From Acidobacteriota bacterium (GTDB lineage Bacteria; Acidobacteriota; UBA890; WLXD01), in assembly GCA_965248695.1 (NCBI GenBank), contig CBDFKD010000002.1, positions 1,440,001-1,504,000 on the forward strand: DNA of 64,000 bases. Reading direction: 5' to 3'. The notes below the pieces were generated by a model. The model searched no databases. It was not told where the DNA came from and was given only the letters and a program-made list of their open reading frames with translations. Shown one piece after another: positions 48,075 to 57,098 of the stretch. Numbering within the stretch: position 1 is the stretch's first letter; each line of letters starts with the position of its first letter. The translations under genes were made by a program, and so were the position numbers.

Positions 48075-48968
48075 ATGAAGGAACTTCTGACCAGAATGAC
48101 CAAGCTTCTCCTGGCGGCGACCCTGTTCGCGATGACGACGGCGGCCCCGGTCGTCGACGCGGCAAGCCCCGTCCGCGAGTTGGAGACCGCCGGGACCCTC
48201 AGGATCGTCGCCTGCGCGCCGGGGTATCCGAGCAACACCGAGCAGGCTCAGCCGACAATGAACGACTTCGCGGCAATGGTCGCCGACGCTTCCGGATGGC
48301 CGCCCGGGATGCTGACGGCCGAGTACCATCCGAGCGAGGAGGCCAGGATAGCGCGTCTACGCGACAACGCCACCTCCCTGGCGCTGGTGCCGTTACCCCT
48401 CTTTCTGAAGTACGAGAAGGAGCTGGCGCTCACGGCACTCCTACAGGCAGTACAAGCGTCCGGGAGCTCCACCGAGCGCTGGAGCCTGGTGACCTCCGCC
48501 GGGTCGGTCGCCGGACCCGAGTCGCTCGACGGATGGGAGCTGCTCGGCCTCGCCGCATACGCGCCGCGCTTCGTGCGAGGACCGGCACTTTCGAGTTGGG
48601 GACGGCTACCGGATTCGCTCTCGGTCAGCTTCACTCGGCGGGTGCTCGCCGGCATCCGGCGGGCCGCCGCCGGCGAGCCGGTCGCGATGCTCCTGGACGG
48701 CGCTCAAACTGCCGCCCTGGCCTCGTTTCCTGATGCCGCGTCGCTCGAGGTGGTGGCAACCTCCCCGCCCTTGTTGAGCTGGCTCATCGTTGGCATCGGC
48801 GACCGAGTCGAGGAACGTCGTCGCCAGCAGCTGATGAGCGGGTTGCTGGGAGTGCACCGGTCGGCGAGCTTCGCCGACGTGCTCCAGACGATGCAGCTGC
48901 AGCGCTTCGAGGCGCTGGACACCGACGCGCTGGTGAGCGCACAGGCGGCGTATTCGGCGGCTCGATGA
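48075..48968 (+). CDS. Periplasmic PhnD-like substrate-binding protein (BstB-like)
   Basis: Signal peptide; IVACAPGYP, LTALLQAV...WSLV, LEVVATSPPL, LQTMQLQRF pattern of phosphonate-binding-fold proteins; no ABC partner nearby. Confidence 0.65.
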   Translation: MKELLTRMTKLLLAATLFAMTTAAPVVDAASPVRELETAGTLRIVACAPGYPSNTEQAQPTMNDFAAMVADASGWPPGMLTAEYHPSEEARIARLRDNATSLALVPLPLFLKYEKELALTALLQAVQASGSSTERWSLVTSAGSVAGPESLDGWELLGLAAYAPRFVRGPALSSWGRLPDSLSVSFTRRVLAGIRRAAAGEPVAMLLDGAQTAALASFPDAASLEVVATSPPLLSWLIVGIGDRVEERRRQQLMSGLLGVHRSASFADVLQTMQLQRFEALDTDALVSAQAAYSAAR

Positions 48969-49771
48969 TCCGCCGCCTGCCAGCCGTCGCGCTAGCGGCC
49001 GCTATCATTGTCACGATGGCGTGCGCTGCTGCGCTGCAGCCCCTCGATACGCGCTCGGCGTTGGGTCGCGTCGATCCGGAGCGCGTCGACGCCGCAGAGG
49101 CCGCCCGGCTGGCGGCTCGCGCCGAGCATGAGTTCGCCCGGCGACCCGATACCGACGCCGTGCGCCAGGCCGAAGAGCTCTGGATCAGCTCTGCCATCGC
49201 ACAGCCAACCAGCGCGGCGGCAGTCATTGGCGCGGTGAGGGCGCAGACCTGGCTAGCGGAGCACCTCGCCGAGGCGCGAGCACGCCAGGACAAGGCCACC
49301 GAAGCAGTGCAGACAGCGCAATGGTGTCGGCGGCGGGAACCGCTGAACCCCGACTGCCACTACTGGCTGGCCATCGCCGTCGGTGTGCAGGCGAACCAAC
49401 GGCGTGCCACCGCGTCGGACGGCGTGCGGGTGATGGACCGCGAGCTGCGCGCCGCTATTGTCGGGCACGAGGCTCTCGACTACGCCGGACCGCGACGCGT
49501 GCTGGCACAGATGCTGGTGCGAGCGCCGGGCTGGCCCACCGGCCCTGGTGACCCCGACGAGGGTCTGGAGCACGCACAACGGGCCGTCGAGCTATACCCC
49601 GACTACCCACCCAACCTGCTGGCACTGGCCGAAGCCTACGCCGAGGTCGACGAGCCGTCGGCCAGCCGTGACGCCTACAGCAAGGCGCTGGCACGGGCCA
49701 GGGAATGGCAGCAGCAGGGCCACCCCGACGCCGACGAGTGGATCGATAGTGCCCGCAACGCCGGCCGCTAG
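48965..49771 (+). CDS. TPR/TatT-like lipoprotein (BstC-like)
   Basis: Lipobox TMAC; all-helical; CHYWLAIAVG, DYAGPRRVLA, RAPGWP.GPGD, AVELYPDYPPNLLALAEAY; ATGA overlap with the previous gene. Confidence 0.7.
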   Translation: MIRRLPAVALAAAIIVTMACAAALQPLDTRSALGRVDPERVDAAEAARLAARAEHEFARRPDTDAVRQAEELWISSAIAQPTSAAAVIGAVRAQTWLAEHLAEARARQDKATEAVQTAQWCRRREPLNPDCHYWLAIAVGVQANQRRATASDGVRVMDRELRAAIVGHEALDYAGPRRVLAQMLVRAPGWPTGPGDPDEGLEHAQRAVELYPDYPPNLLALAEAYAEVDEPSASRDAYSKALARAREWQQQGHPDADEWIDSARNAGR

Positions 49772-49811
49772 GGCCACCGCGGCCGCTAACTCCGCCGCGC
49801 CGGGGGCCTGG

Positions 49812-50762
49812 TCAGCTCGCTTCCGAGGTCGAGATGGCGACTGCCAGAGAGCCGATATCGAGATCCCGGTTCAGAACATCGACAGTCTCGAAGACCTCCT
49901 CGCGTGAGATCTTGGCGCCAGGCCCGCAACGCTCGACGATCTCGAGCGCGGCGACCGCGAGCCGTACGGGCAGCGCGCAGAACGCAATAATCCCGCGTGG
50001 TGCCGACGCCACCTGTAGCGCGTTGGTGTACTCGGCCGCCACGACGAGGTCTTCCCGCACCAGCTTGAAGATCTCCTTGCGCTCGGTCTCCGACGGGAGG
50101 TACCGACGGCCCTCACTACGGTCAGAGGCGGCATCCTTGAGGATGTTGACCAGCTGGAGCGCCTCCCCGAACCGGGCCGCACGCTGCCGCAAGAAATCTG
50201 CTGCCGCCGACAGTTGCGGTCGCTCCAGCAGGAAAAGATCCGTGCTGAGCTCACCGACGATGCCAGCAACCGCGTAGCAGTAGGCACGCAGGTCGTCGAG
50301 AGACACGAGCTTGAGCACCCCGTCGACGGAGCGGTCGATGAAGCTCACCATGCCGGCCGCGGTCCGCAACGTATGGCCGCGGATGATCTCGCGGGCGCCA
50401 GGTCGCAGGCGCACGTACTCTTGAATCACGATCACCGATTCGCCCAGCAGCTCGAGGTAGCCAGGATGATCGATCGGCACCGAAGCTGCCCACGCGTCTC
50501 CGAGCTTCGCGGCCCGCTGCGGGCTCGGATCTCGAACCAGGCTCATGAACTCCTCCAGCGCATCGATCCGACGCTGTCGGTTCCATTGCGCCGCATCTTC
50601 GAACGTGTCGGCAATACGGAACAACAGGTAGGCGATCCCGAGCTCACGCCGGGTGGGCTCGGGGAGCATCGGGATCGACAACGCGAATGTGCGGCTGGTC
50701 TTCTCGAGAAGATCTTCGATACGGTCCATTTGTGCGCTCGAGGATGGCTGGCCGACGTCCAT
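49812..50762 (-). CDS. Squalene synthase (single-enzyme, eukaryote-like head-to-head synthase)
   Basis: TSRTFA flap, YLLFRIADTFED, YCYAVAGIVG, LQLVNILKD...EGRRYLP, FCALP, KISR. Confidence 0.82.
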   Translation of the reverse strand: MDVGQPSSSAQMDRIEDLLEKTSRTFALSIPMLPEPTRRELGIAYLLFRIADTFEDAAQWNRQRRIDALEEFMSLVRDPSPQRAAKLGDAWAASVPIDHPGYLELLGESVIVIQEYVRLRPGAREIIRGHTLRTAAGMVSFIDRSVDGVLKLVSLDDLRAYCYAVAGIVGELSTDLFLLERPQLSAAADFLRQRAARFGEALQLVNILKDAASDRSEGRRYLPSETERKEIFKLVREDLVVAAEYTNALQVASAPRGIIAFCALPVRLAVAALEIVERCGPGAKISREEVFETVDVLNRDLDIGSLAVAISTSEAS

Positions 50763-50832
50763 TATCCACCGTGACCTGGCGGGGTGCTGAAGGCCCCGGC
50801 TCGGCAGGGCCCGGGAGCCAGCGGCGTCGCCT

Positions 50833-51633
50833 TCAGCGCTCGACGATCGTCCCTGGCACCGGTGCGCCTCGCAGCGCCCGGCGCAGGATGCCCGGTCGAC
50901 GGCCGTCCAGCAGATACGAACGCACGCCGAGTCGCGCCAGCGTCAATGCGGTGTCGAGACGATGGCGCATACCGCCGGTCACATCGGTGGCCGCGGCACC
51001 GCTCACCAGACGACGCGCGCTGCCGGCATCCCGCGAGCGCACGCGGACAACGGTGGCGCCGTCGGAATCCAGGATACCGTCGGTATCGCCCAGCCAGATC
51101 GCTTTGGAACAGTCTCGGCCGGCCGGTCGCAAGGCACGAACGAACGCCAGCAGCACCGTCTCGGTCGAGCAGATCGAACAGCCGCGCTCACGGTCCATCA
51201 CGATGTCGCCATACGTGACGGGCAGCAGGCCGTTGTCGAGCGCGCGCACGACCGGCTCGATGTGCACTCGTGGAGGATGGGCCCTGCCGCGCGCGACAAC
51301 AGCACTCGACGGCGCCACCGAGTAGGCGGCGATACCGGCCTCGCGCAGCGCGCCCATGACGATGGCATGCAGCTCGGAAGCCGCCGCCTGGGTCCGCGAG
51401 ACGCCGACGCGTGCACGCCGCCCGACCATACCTGCATGAACGCCCGACGTTGCGGCGGCAACGTGCCCGAACGAGCCGCTGCCGTGTCCGAGCAACAGCG
51501 GACGCCGGGAGCGTCCTACCAGCGCCGCCAGCTCTTCTGCGAGGCGCGACAACTCGGCCCGCCGTACCGTGCGCGGACGACGCTTGTGGGTGATCAGGCT
51601 GCCCCCGAGCTTGACCACCGTCAACTCGCTCAC
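50833..51633 (-). CDS. ipk: Isopentenyl phosphate kinase
   Basis: VKLGGSLITHK, GHGSGSFGH with the IPK-signature His, PVTYGD, DVTGGM. Confidence 0.9.
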   Translation of the reverse strand: MSELTVVKLGGSLITHKRRPRTVRRAELSRLAEELAALVGRSRRPLLLGHGSGSFGHVAAATSGVHAGMVGRRARVGVSRTQAAASELHAIVMGALREAGIAAYSVAPSSAVVARGRAHPPRVHIEPVVRALDNGLLPVTYGDIVMDRERGCSICSTETVLLAFVRALRPAGRDCSKAIWLGDTDGILDSDGATVVRVRSRDAGSARRLVSGAAATDVTGGMRHRLDTALTLARLGVRSYLLDGRRPGILRRALRGAPVPGTIVER

Positions 51634-52658
51634 GCTTGGTGCGCTCCATCAAGGGCGTCGAAGAGCGAGGCGGACAGATTCCGCGGCCCGCTGCCTACTC
51701 CGTCGCGGATCACCGTCTGGACGCCGTCGATCGCCGCCAGACTGGTCGCCACTGCTTCCTCGTCGTCTGCCGAGCAGAGGATGTGCACGTTGGCGCCAGC
51801 GTCCATCGTCGCCCATGCCGATGTGCCGCGCTGGCGCAGAGCGCGAACGTGATCCAGCACGCGCAACGTCGCCGGCTGCCAGTAAAAGATCGGAGGTTGC
51901 GAGGACATCGCCACCAGGTGCAACTCGATCGCGTCCTCCTCGATGATCGGGCCGAGTTGGTCCAGGTCGCGCGCGTCGATGGCTTCGCGAACCCGCTGCA
52001 GGCGGTCAGGAATGAGCTCCTGGCGGCGTACGTAGTGAGGGCTGGTTCGGGCACGTGCATGACCTTCGAGCGACGACACGGCTTTGGGGCCAGTCTGGAC
52101 GATGGCGATCACGTCGCGCAGATCCCAGTGCGACGCCGGAGCCAGCGGTGCTGCACGCCACGGGTCCTCGCCCGTACCGAACGGCCACTGCACGTATCCA
52201 CCGAACACCGATCGAGACGCGGAGCCCGAACCGGAGAGACGCGCCAGATTCGACAGCTCATCTCCGTCCGGCTGCCGATCGAGCGCCGCCACCACCGCCA
52301 GGGTAAGGGCGGCGAAGCCAGACGCCGACGAGGCGATGCCGGCAGCGGCCGGAAAGCTGTTCTCGGTCGCGACTCGAAACCCGACGTCCACCTGGGCCCA
52401 GCGCCGCAGGCGCTCCAGATGTGCCGCCGCACGCTGCTGGAACGCGCCTTCGGCCTGGCCCCACCGGCCTTCGGAAAACACCCAGATCTCGTCGGCGGCG
52501 CCGGCAGCGACTGTTTCGACGCTCGTACGCGTGACGCAGGCCCGCAGCGACATCGAGATCGACGCGTTGAGCGGAATCGCGACGGCCAGATCCTCGGCGC
52601 CCCAGTACTTCACGAAGGCAATGTTTGAGGGTGCTTCGACGGTAGCTCTGCCCATCAC
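51630..52658 (-). CDS. mvaD: (Di)phosphomevalonate decarboxylase, probably acting on mevalonate-5-phosphate
   Basis: APSNIAFVKYWG, P.NASIS, GIASSASGFAA, GSGSASRS, TMDAGANVH. Confidence 0.9.
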   Translation of the reverse strand: MMGRATVEAPSNIAFVKYWGAEDLAVAIPLNASISMSLRACVTRTSVETVAAGAADEIWVFSEGRWGQAEGAFQQRAAAHLERLRRWAQVDVGFRVATENSFPAAAGIASSASGFAALTLAVVAALDRQPDGDELSNLARLSGSGSASRSVFGGYVQWPFGTGEDPWRAAPLAPASHWDLRDVIAIVQTGPKAVSSLEGHARARTSPHYVRRQELIPDRLQRVREAIDARDLDQLGPIIEEDAIELHLVAMSSQPPIFYWQPATLRVLDHVRALRQRGTSAWATMDAGANVHILCSADDEEAVATSLAAIDGVQTVIRDGVGSGPRNLSASLFDALDGAHQA

Positions 52659-53773
52659 GCCACTACCTCCACTCGTACGCCTTCGGCGCCCAGCATGACG
52701 TCGTGCTCCGGCAATCGCTCGAGCGCCTGCGGAAGATCGTCGACGCCATCCGGCAATAGCACCAGTAGGGACCCGGCCCCCGGACCCTGGAGCGCGCCCG
52801 AGCCCGAGATCTTGGCCGCCCCGCCCAGCGCCTCAACGCTGCGGACGGCAACCTGGATCGGCTCGGGTACGACGCCGATCGACTCGAGGTAGCGCTGCGC
52901 GGTGCGCATCGGAGCGACCAGGTCGCCCTCAGCAGCCGATGCAGTGACGGCCAGCTGAAACGCGCGGGTTGCAGACTCGACTGCGTCCAGCGCCACGTCG
53001 AAGCGGCCCCGGTCGCGGGCGCGCTGTGCCCGTACTGCAGCCACCATCGTGCCGGTGGGGTCGGTGGTGGGGCCGGTGTCGAAGATACGCAGCCGTCGCA
53101 GTGTGTCGGAGCGGGCCGCGAGCGGCTCGATCGATAGCTCCTCGCCGGTGCGGCGAAGGCGCAGCACACCGCCGTGAAATACAGTCGCCACGTCCACGCC
53201 CGAGGGGGCGCCATGCTGGCGACGCTCGACCTGACCGGCTATCGGGCCGATGCGCGACCACCTGGCGGTCTTGCCGCAAAGTGCGCCGACCGCAGCGACG
53301 ATGGCGACGGCGGCCGCCGCCGAGCTACCGAACCCGGCTCCCACCGGAACCGTCGACTCGACACAGAGCCGCACTGCAGCCAGAGGGTGGCTCTCGAGGC
53401 GCGGATCCTCGCCGAGCGTGGCAATCGCCTCGCCGAGCGCCACCAGCACCAGGTGGTCGGCACGATCCTCACGGAGATTCGCGAACGTCTGCGGCGAAGG
53501 GTCGGCGTCGTAGCTCTCCCAGCGCTGGCGCATGTCATCCGCGTGGCGGGAGATCTCGTCCCAGGAAACATGACTCCGATGCTGCAGTGGTGGGAGATCC
53601 ACCTCGACGCCGGCCTTGCTGCCGCCGAGCACGTCGACCCGTAGGCGAAGGCTGGTGGCCGCCACCAGCGCCGGGCGCCCGTAGACTGCGGCATGCTCCC
53701 CTATGAGAATCAGCTTGCCGGGCACGGAAACGCGTGCGAGCAAATGCCGCTTGGGCGACCGGACGTCCACCAC
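52655..53773 (-). CDS. mvk: Mevalonate kinase
   Basis: PGKLILIGEHAAVYG, PVGAGFGSSAA, HGAPSGVD, AKISGSG. Confidence 0.9.
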   Translation of the reverse strand: MVDVRSPKRHLLARVSVPGKLILIGEHAAVYGRPALVAATSLRLRVDVLGGSKAGVEVDLPPLQHRSHVSWDEISRHADDMRQRWESYDADPSPQTFANLREDRADHLVLVALGEAIATLGEDPRLESHPLAAVRLCVESTVPVGAGFGSSAAAAVAIVAAVGALCGKTARWSRIGPIAGQVERRQHGAPSGVDVATVFHGGVLRLRRTGEELSIEPLAARSDTLRRLRIFDTGPTTDPTGTMVAAVRAQRARDRGRFDVALDAVESATRAFQLAVTASAAEGDLVAPMRTAQRYLESIGVVPEPIQVAVRSVEALGGAAKISGSGALQGPGAGSLLVLLPDGVDDLPQALERLPEHDVMLGAEGVRVEVVA

Positions 53774-53779
53774 CGCCCG

Positions 53780-55036
53780 CTAGCTGCCTGCCTGGGTGCG
53801 CCGCCCCAGCCGCTTGTGGGCACCGGCGAGATCCTGCGAGGTAAAAGCGGCCAGCAGCGACAGCTCACCCGCGAGCACCGCGGCGCCGAGGATCTCCGCC
53901 AGCCGAAGCACAGCGGCACCGGGTCGGTCCGGCTGCGGCGCGACGCCTAGCACCGCGAGCGCCTCGCGCTGCGTATCGAGAGCGGTGCCGCCGCCGATCG
54001 CGGCAAGCGGCACTGCCGGCAAGTACATCGAGGCCACCACGCCACCACCGCCCTCACAGGGCTCGATCGACGTGATTCCCATCGACCCTTCCACGACATG
54101 TGCCGGATCCTGGCCGGTGGCCAGAAACACCGCCGACAGAACGTTGGCGACATGGGCGTTGAAACCGATCGAGCCGGCAGCGATCGAGCCCAGCAGGTTC
54201 TTGCGATACTGCACCTCGAGGAGGTCGGCGGCGTTGGTCTTCAGGCGCGCCAGCACGGCTTCGTCCAGGGTTACCTGAGCGTGTATCCGCTTGCCGCGAC
54301 CCTCTTGGAAATTGATCGCCGCCGGCTTCTTGTCGACACAGTAGTTCCCCGACAGCGCGACACAGCGCACACCGGTGGCGGGTTCGATCAGCTCGCGCAC
54401 CAACTGGTCGCACGCGATGGTCGCCATGTTCATTCCCATCGCATCTCCAGAGCGGAACCGGAAGCGCAAGAAGATCGTCGTCCCGAAGGCGTACGGACGG
54501 ATATCCACCAGCCTCAGGAAGCGGCTAGTCCCCTCGGCCACCGATCGGATCGCGTCGTCGTTGTCCGTCACCCACTGGAGGAACTCACGGGTCTGCTGCA
54601 GCCCGGAGGAGCGAAACACAGGCGCCCGCGTCATGCCGACGTCTTCGACATAGACGGCGACGCCACCTGCAGCCCGGACCGCGGAACAGCCGCGGTTGAT
54701 GCTGGCGATCAACGCCCCCTCTGTCGTCGCCAGCGGGACATATACCTCGCCATCGACCTGCTCGCCGCGCACCAGGAGTGGCCCCGCGATCCCCACCGGG
54801 ATCTGCGCCACGCCGATTAGGTTCTCGCAGTGGCTGTCGGCGGCGCGCCCGGCGTCAAACGAGTAGCTACCGGTGTGCGTCAGCGTGGTGCCCGTCAGCT
54901 GCTCGAGCGCCTGCCGCCGAGCCTTTGCGGCGGTGGCAGCGTCCAGCTCGGCCGGCAGCTCGTGGAAACGCCGTTTGCCTTCAACGATCTCGTCGACGAT
55001 GCCATCCGGGACGAGCGCATCGCTGGTGTCGGTCAT
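53780..55036 (-). CDS. hmgA: Class I (archaeal/eukaryotic-type, NADPH) HMG-CoA reductase
   Basis: CENLIG, PLATTEGALIASINRG, GDAMGMNM, SGNYCVDKKP, GQDPAH, GELSLLAA...H; ATGA overlap with fni. Confidence 0.93.
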   Translation of the reverse strand: MTDTSDALVPDGIVDEIVEGKRRFHELPAELDAATAAKARRQALEQLTGTTLTHTGSYSFDAGRAADSHCENLIGVAQIPVGIAGPLLVRGEQVDGEVYVPLATTEGALIASINRGCSAVRAAGGVAVYVEDVGMTRAPVFRSSGLQQTREFLQWVTDNDDAIRSVAEGTSRFLRLVDIRPYAFGTTIFLRFRFRSGDAMGMNMATIACDQLVRELIEPATGVRCVALSGNYCVDKKPAAINFQEGRGKRIHAQVTLDEAVLARLKTNAADLLEVQYRKNLLGSIAAGSIGFNAHVANVLSAVFLATGQDPAHVVEGSMGITSIEPCEGGGGVVASMYLPAVPLAAIGGGTALDTQREALAVLGVAPQPDRPGAAVLRLAEILGAAVLAGELSLLAAFTSQDLAGAHKRLGRRTQAGS

Positions 55037-56076
55037 CGGGCCGGACACCTGTCGATCAACGACACCGACCGGAGCTCGGCGAGCGTGCGGGCACCGGCAC
55101 AGAACATCGAGATTCGCAGCTCGGTCAGAGTGCGCTCGATACGTGCCGCCACCGCCTCGGCCGATTGCAGCGACGCCGCGAGAAAAGGATAGGCCAGACC
55201 GACGATGTCGGCGCCCAGCGCAATGGCCTTGGCCACATCGATTCCGCTGCGTACTCCGCCGCTGCCGATGACGGTGACGTCGGGCAAACCGGCGACTGCC
55301 CGGATGCTGTCGGGCGTCGGAATACCCCAGTCGGCGAAGGTATCGCCGAGCTCTGGATCGTCGGCACGCTGGGCCTCGATGCGCGCCCAGCTGGTGCCGC
55401 CGTGCCCGGCCGTGTCGAGGATGCGAACACCGGCTTCAACGAGTCGGTCGGCTACGGCGCGCGATAATCCCATGCCGATCTCCTTGACGATCACCGGCAC
55501 CTCGAGCTGATCCACGATGGCGGCGATCTTCGGCAGCAAGCTGGCGAAGTTGCCGTCTCCCTCGGGCTGGATCGCCTCCTGTAGAGGGTTCAGGTGCAGC
55601 ACCAAGGCATCCGCGTCGATCATGCGTACGGCTTCACGACATTCGTCAACGCCGTAGCCGTAGTTCAACTGCACGGCCCCGAGATTGGCGAGCAATGGAA
55701 TCGTGGGAGCGTGCTCGCGCACCTGAAACGTGCCCCGCCGCGAGGGATCTTCCAGCGCCTTCCGCTGGGATCCGACGCCCAGTGCCACGCCGACGCGCTC
55801 GGCACCGATCGCCAGGTTTCGGTTGATTTGCGCTGCATCGGCGGTGCCGCCGGTCATGCAGGAAACCAGGAGCGGCGCCACCAGCGGCTTGTCCAGGAAC
55901 ACGGCGCTGGCATCAACATCGGCCAGATCGATCTCGGGGATCGCGCAGTGCTCGAGACGCCAGGCATCGAAGCCTCGACCTCCCAGCTGCATGCGATCTT
56001 CGAGAGCGAGCTGGATGTGCTCGGCCTTGCGGTCGCGCTCGGCAGGCTTGGCGGCCGGAGAGTCAGTGCTGCTCAT
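55033..56076 (-). CDS. fni: Type 2 (FMN-dependent) isopentenyl-diphosphate isomerase
   Basis: RKAEHI, MTGG, GVGSQR, HLNPLQE.IQPEGD, VKEIG, GGTSW, SGGVRSG. Confidence 0.95.
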   Translation of the reverse strand: MSSTDSPAAKPAERDRKAEHIQLALEDRMQLGGRGFDAWRLEHCAIPEIDLADVDASAVFLDKPLVAPLLVSCMTGGTADAAQINRNLAIGAERVGVALGVGSQRKALEDPSRRGTFQVREHAPTIPLLANLGAVQLNYGYGVDECREAVRMIDADALVLHLNPLQEAIQPEGDGNFASLLPKIAAIVDQLEVPVIVKEIGMGLSRAVADRLVEAGVRILDTAGHGGTSWARIEAQRADDPELGDTFADWGIPTPDSIRAVAGLPDVTVIGSGGVRSGIDVAKAIALGADIVGLAYPFLAASLQSAEAVAARIERTLTELRISMFCAGARTLAELRSVSLIDRCPAR

Positions 56077-56240
56077 GCGTACTCGCAACACGGGCGCCGG
56101 CAATGGCGCCACACGACAGGCGGCGCGCGGCGTTCGGAACCAGCGCAGTGCACTGAGGGCGTGGGGTTCCGAGTGTCGTTGACGCCCCAGGGCATGTCAA
56201 TGCCGCGTCTCGGCGGTGGGTCGGGGACTCCGGACCCCAG

Positions 56241-56990
56241 CTACGCCAGTGTCGCAACCAGTCCCTCGGCGAAATCAGCCAGCGTGCCGGCACACCTTCG
56301 CATGCGTGACCGCAGACGAACGATGCTGCCCCACGAGCTCGGTCGCCAGAACGCCTTCCAGAACACCTGGCGCTTGTCGATGCTGCCATCCTGGGCGCGG
56401 CAGTCCTCGAGGAAATCGGGCAACGCCTCGTCGGCGGCGTCGCTGATGGCGCGCGCGATCAGATACGGAAGATTGTAGGCAATCGCCACTCTGGCAAAGC
56501 AGGCCGACTCCATGTCGGCGACCGCCGGCTGATCGCGCCAAGTGCGCCCCCACCATTCCGACTTGCTGGACGGCGTCGCCAGGATCTCGTCGACCGTTAC
56601 CAGCCGTCCGAGATCGTAGTCCAGGTGAATCGAAGCTTCCTCGAGCCATTGCAGGTCCGGGCAGGCGAGCGTCTGATCTCCCTCCATCACCTCGCTGGAG
56701 ACCACCAGGTCGCCAACGGCGAGATCCGCTGACAGGGCACCTCCGAGACCGACGGCCAGGACGCGCGTCGGCTCGCAGATCTGTATCAGCCGGCGAATCC
56801 CCAGGTCGGCGTTGCGCTTGCCGTCGCCGGTAACGGCAAGCACGACCTGGACGCCGCGCAGGCGGCCCCGAACATAGTGCCGCGGCCCGTCCTTGATCTC
56901 CTCGGAAACGAGCACACGCTCACGCAGCGGCGCCAGCTCGTCTTCTCGCGCCGCGACGATCGCCACCAGTTCCTCGCGCTCCTCGACCAT
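56241..56990 (-). CDS. PNP/MTAN-family nucleoside phosphorylase, HpnG-like
   Basis: VTGDG, GLGGAL...VGDLV, ADMESACFA, RAISD, then the LP...DGSID...P...LR helical tail seen in hopanoid-associated members. Confidence 0.7.
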   Translation of the reverse strand: MVEEREELVAIVAAREDELAPLRERVLVSEEIKDGPRHYVRGRLRGVQVVLAVTGDGKRNADLGIRRLIQICEPTRVLAVGLGGALSADLAVGDLVVSSEVMEGDQTLACPDLQWLEEASIHLDYDLGRLVTVDEILATPSSKSEWWGRTWRDQPAVADMESACFARVAIAYNLPYLIARAISDAADEALPDFLEDCRAQDGSIDKRQVFWKAFWRPSSWGSIVRLRSRMRRCAGTLADFAEGLVATLA

Positions 56991-57098
56991 AACGAGAGTC
57001 TACCTGGCATCGAACCACGACCACCGCACCGACCTCCCACTCGACCCCGTGGACTGCTACCGTGCAGGCGTCGCAACTGGCGCGTCAGGAGCGAACCG

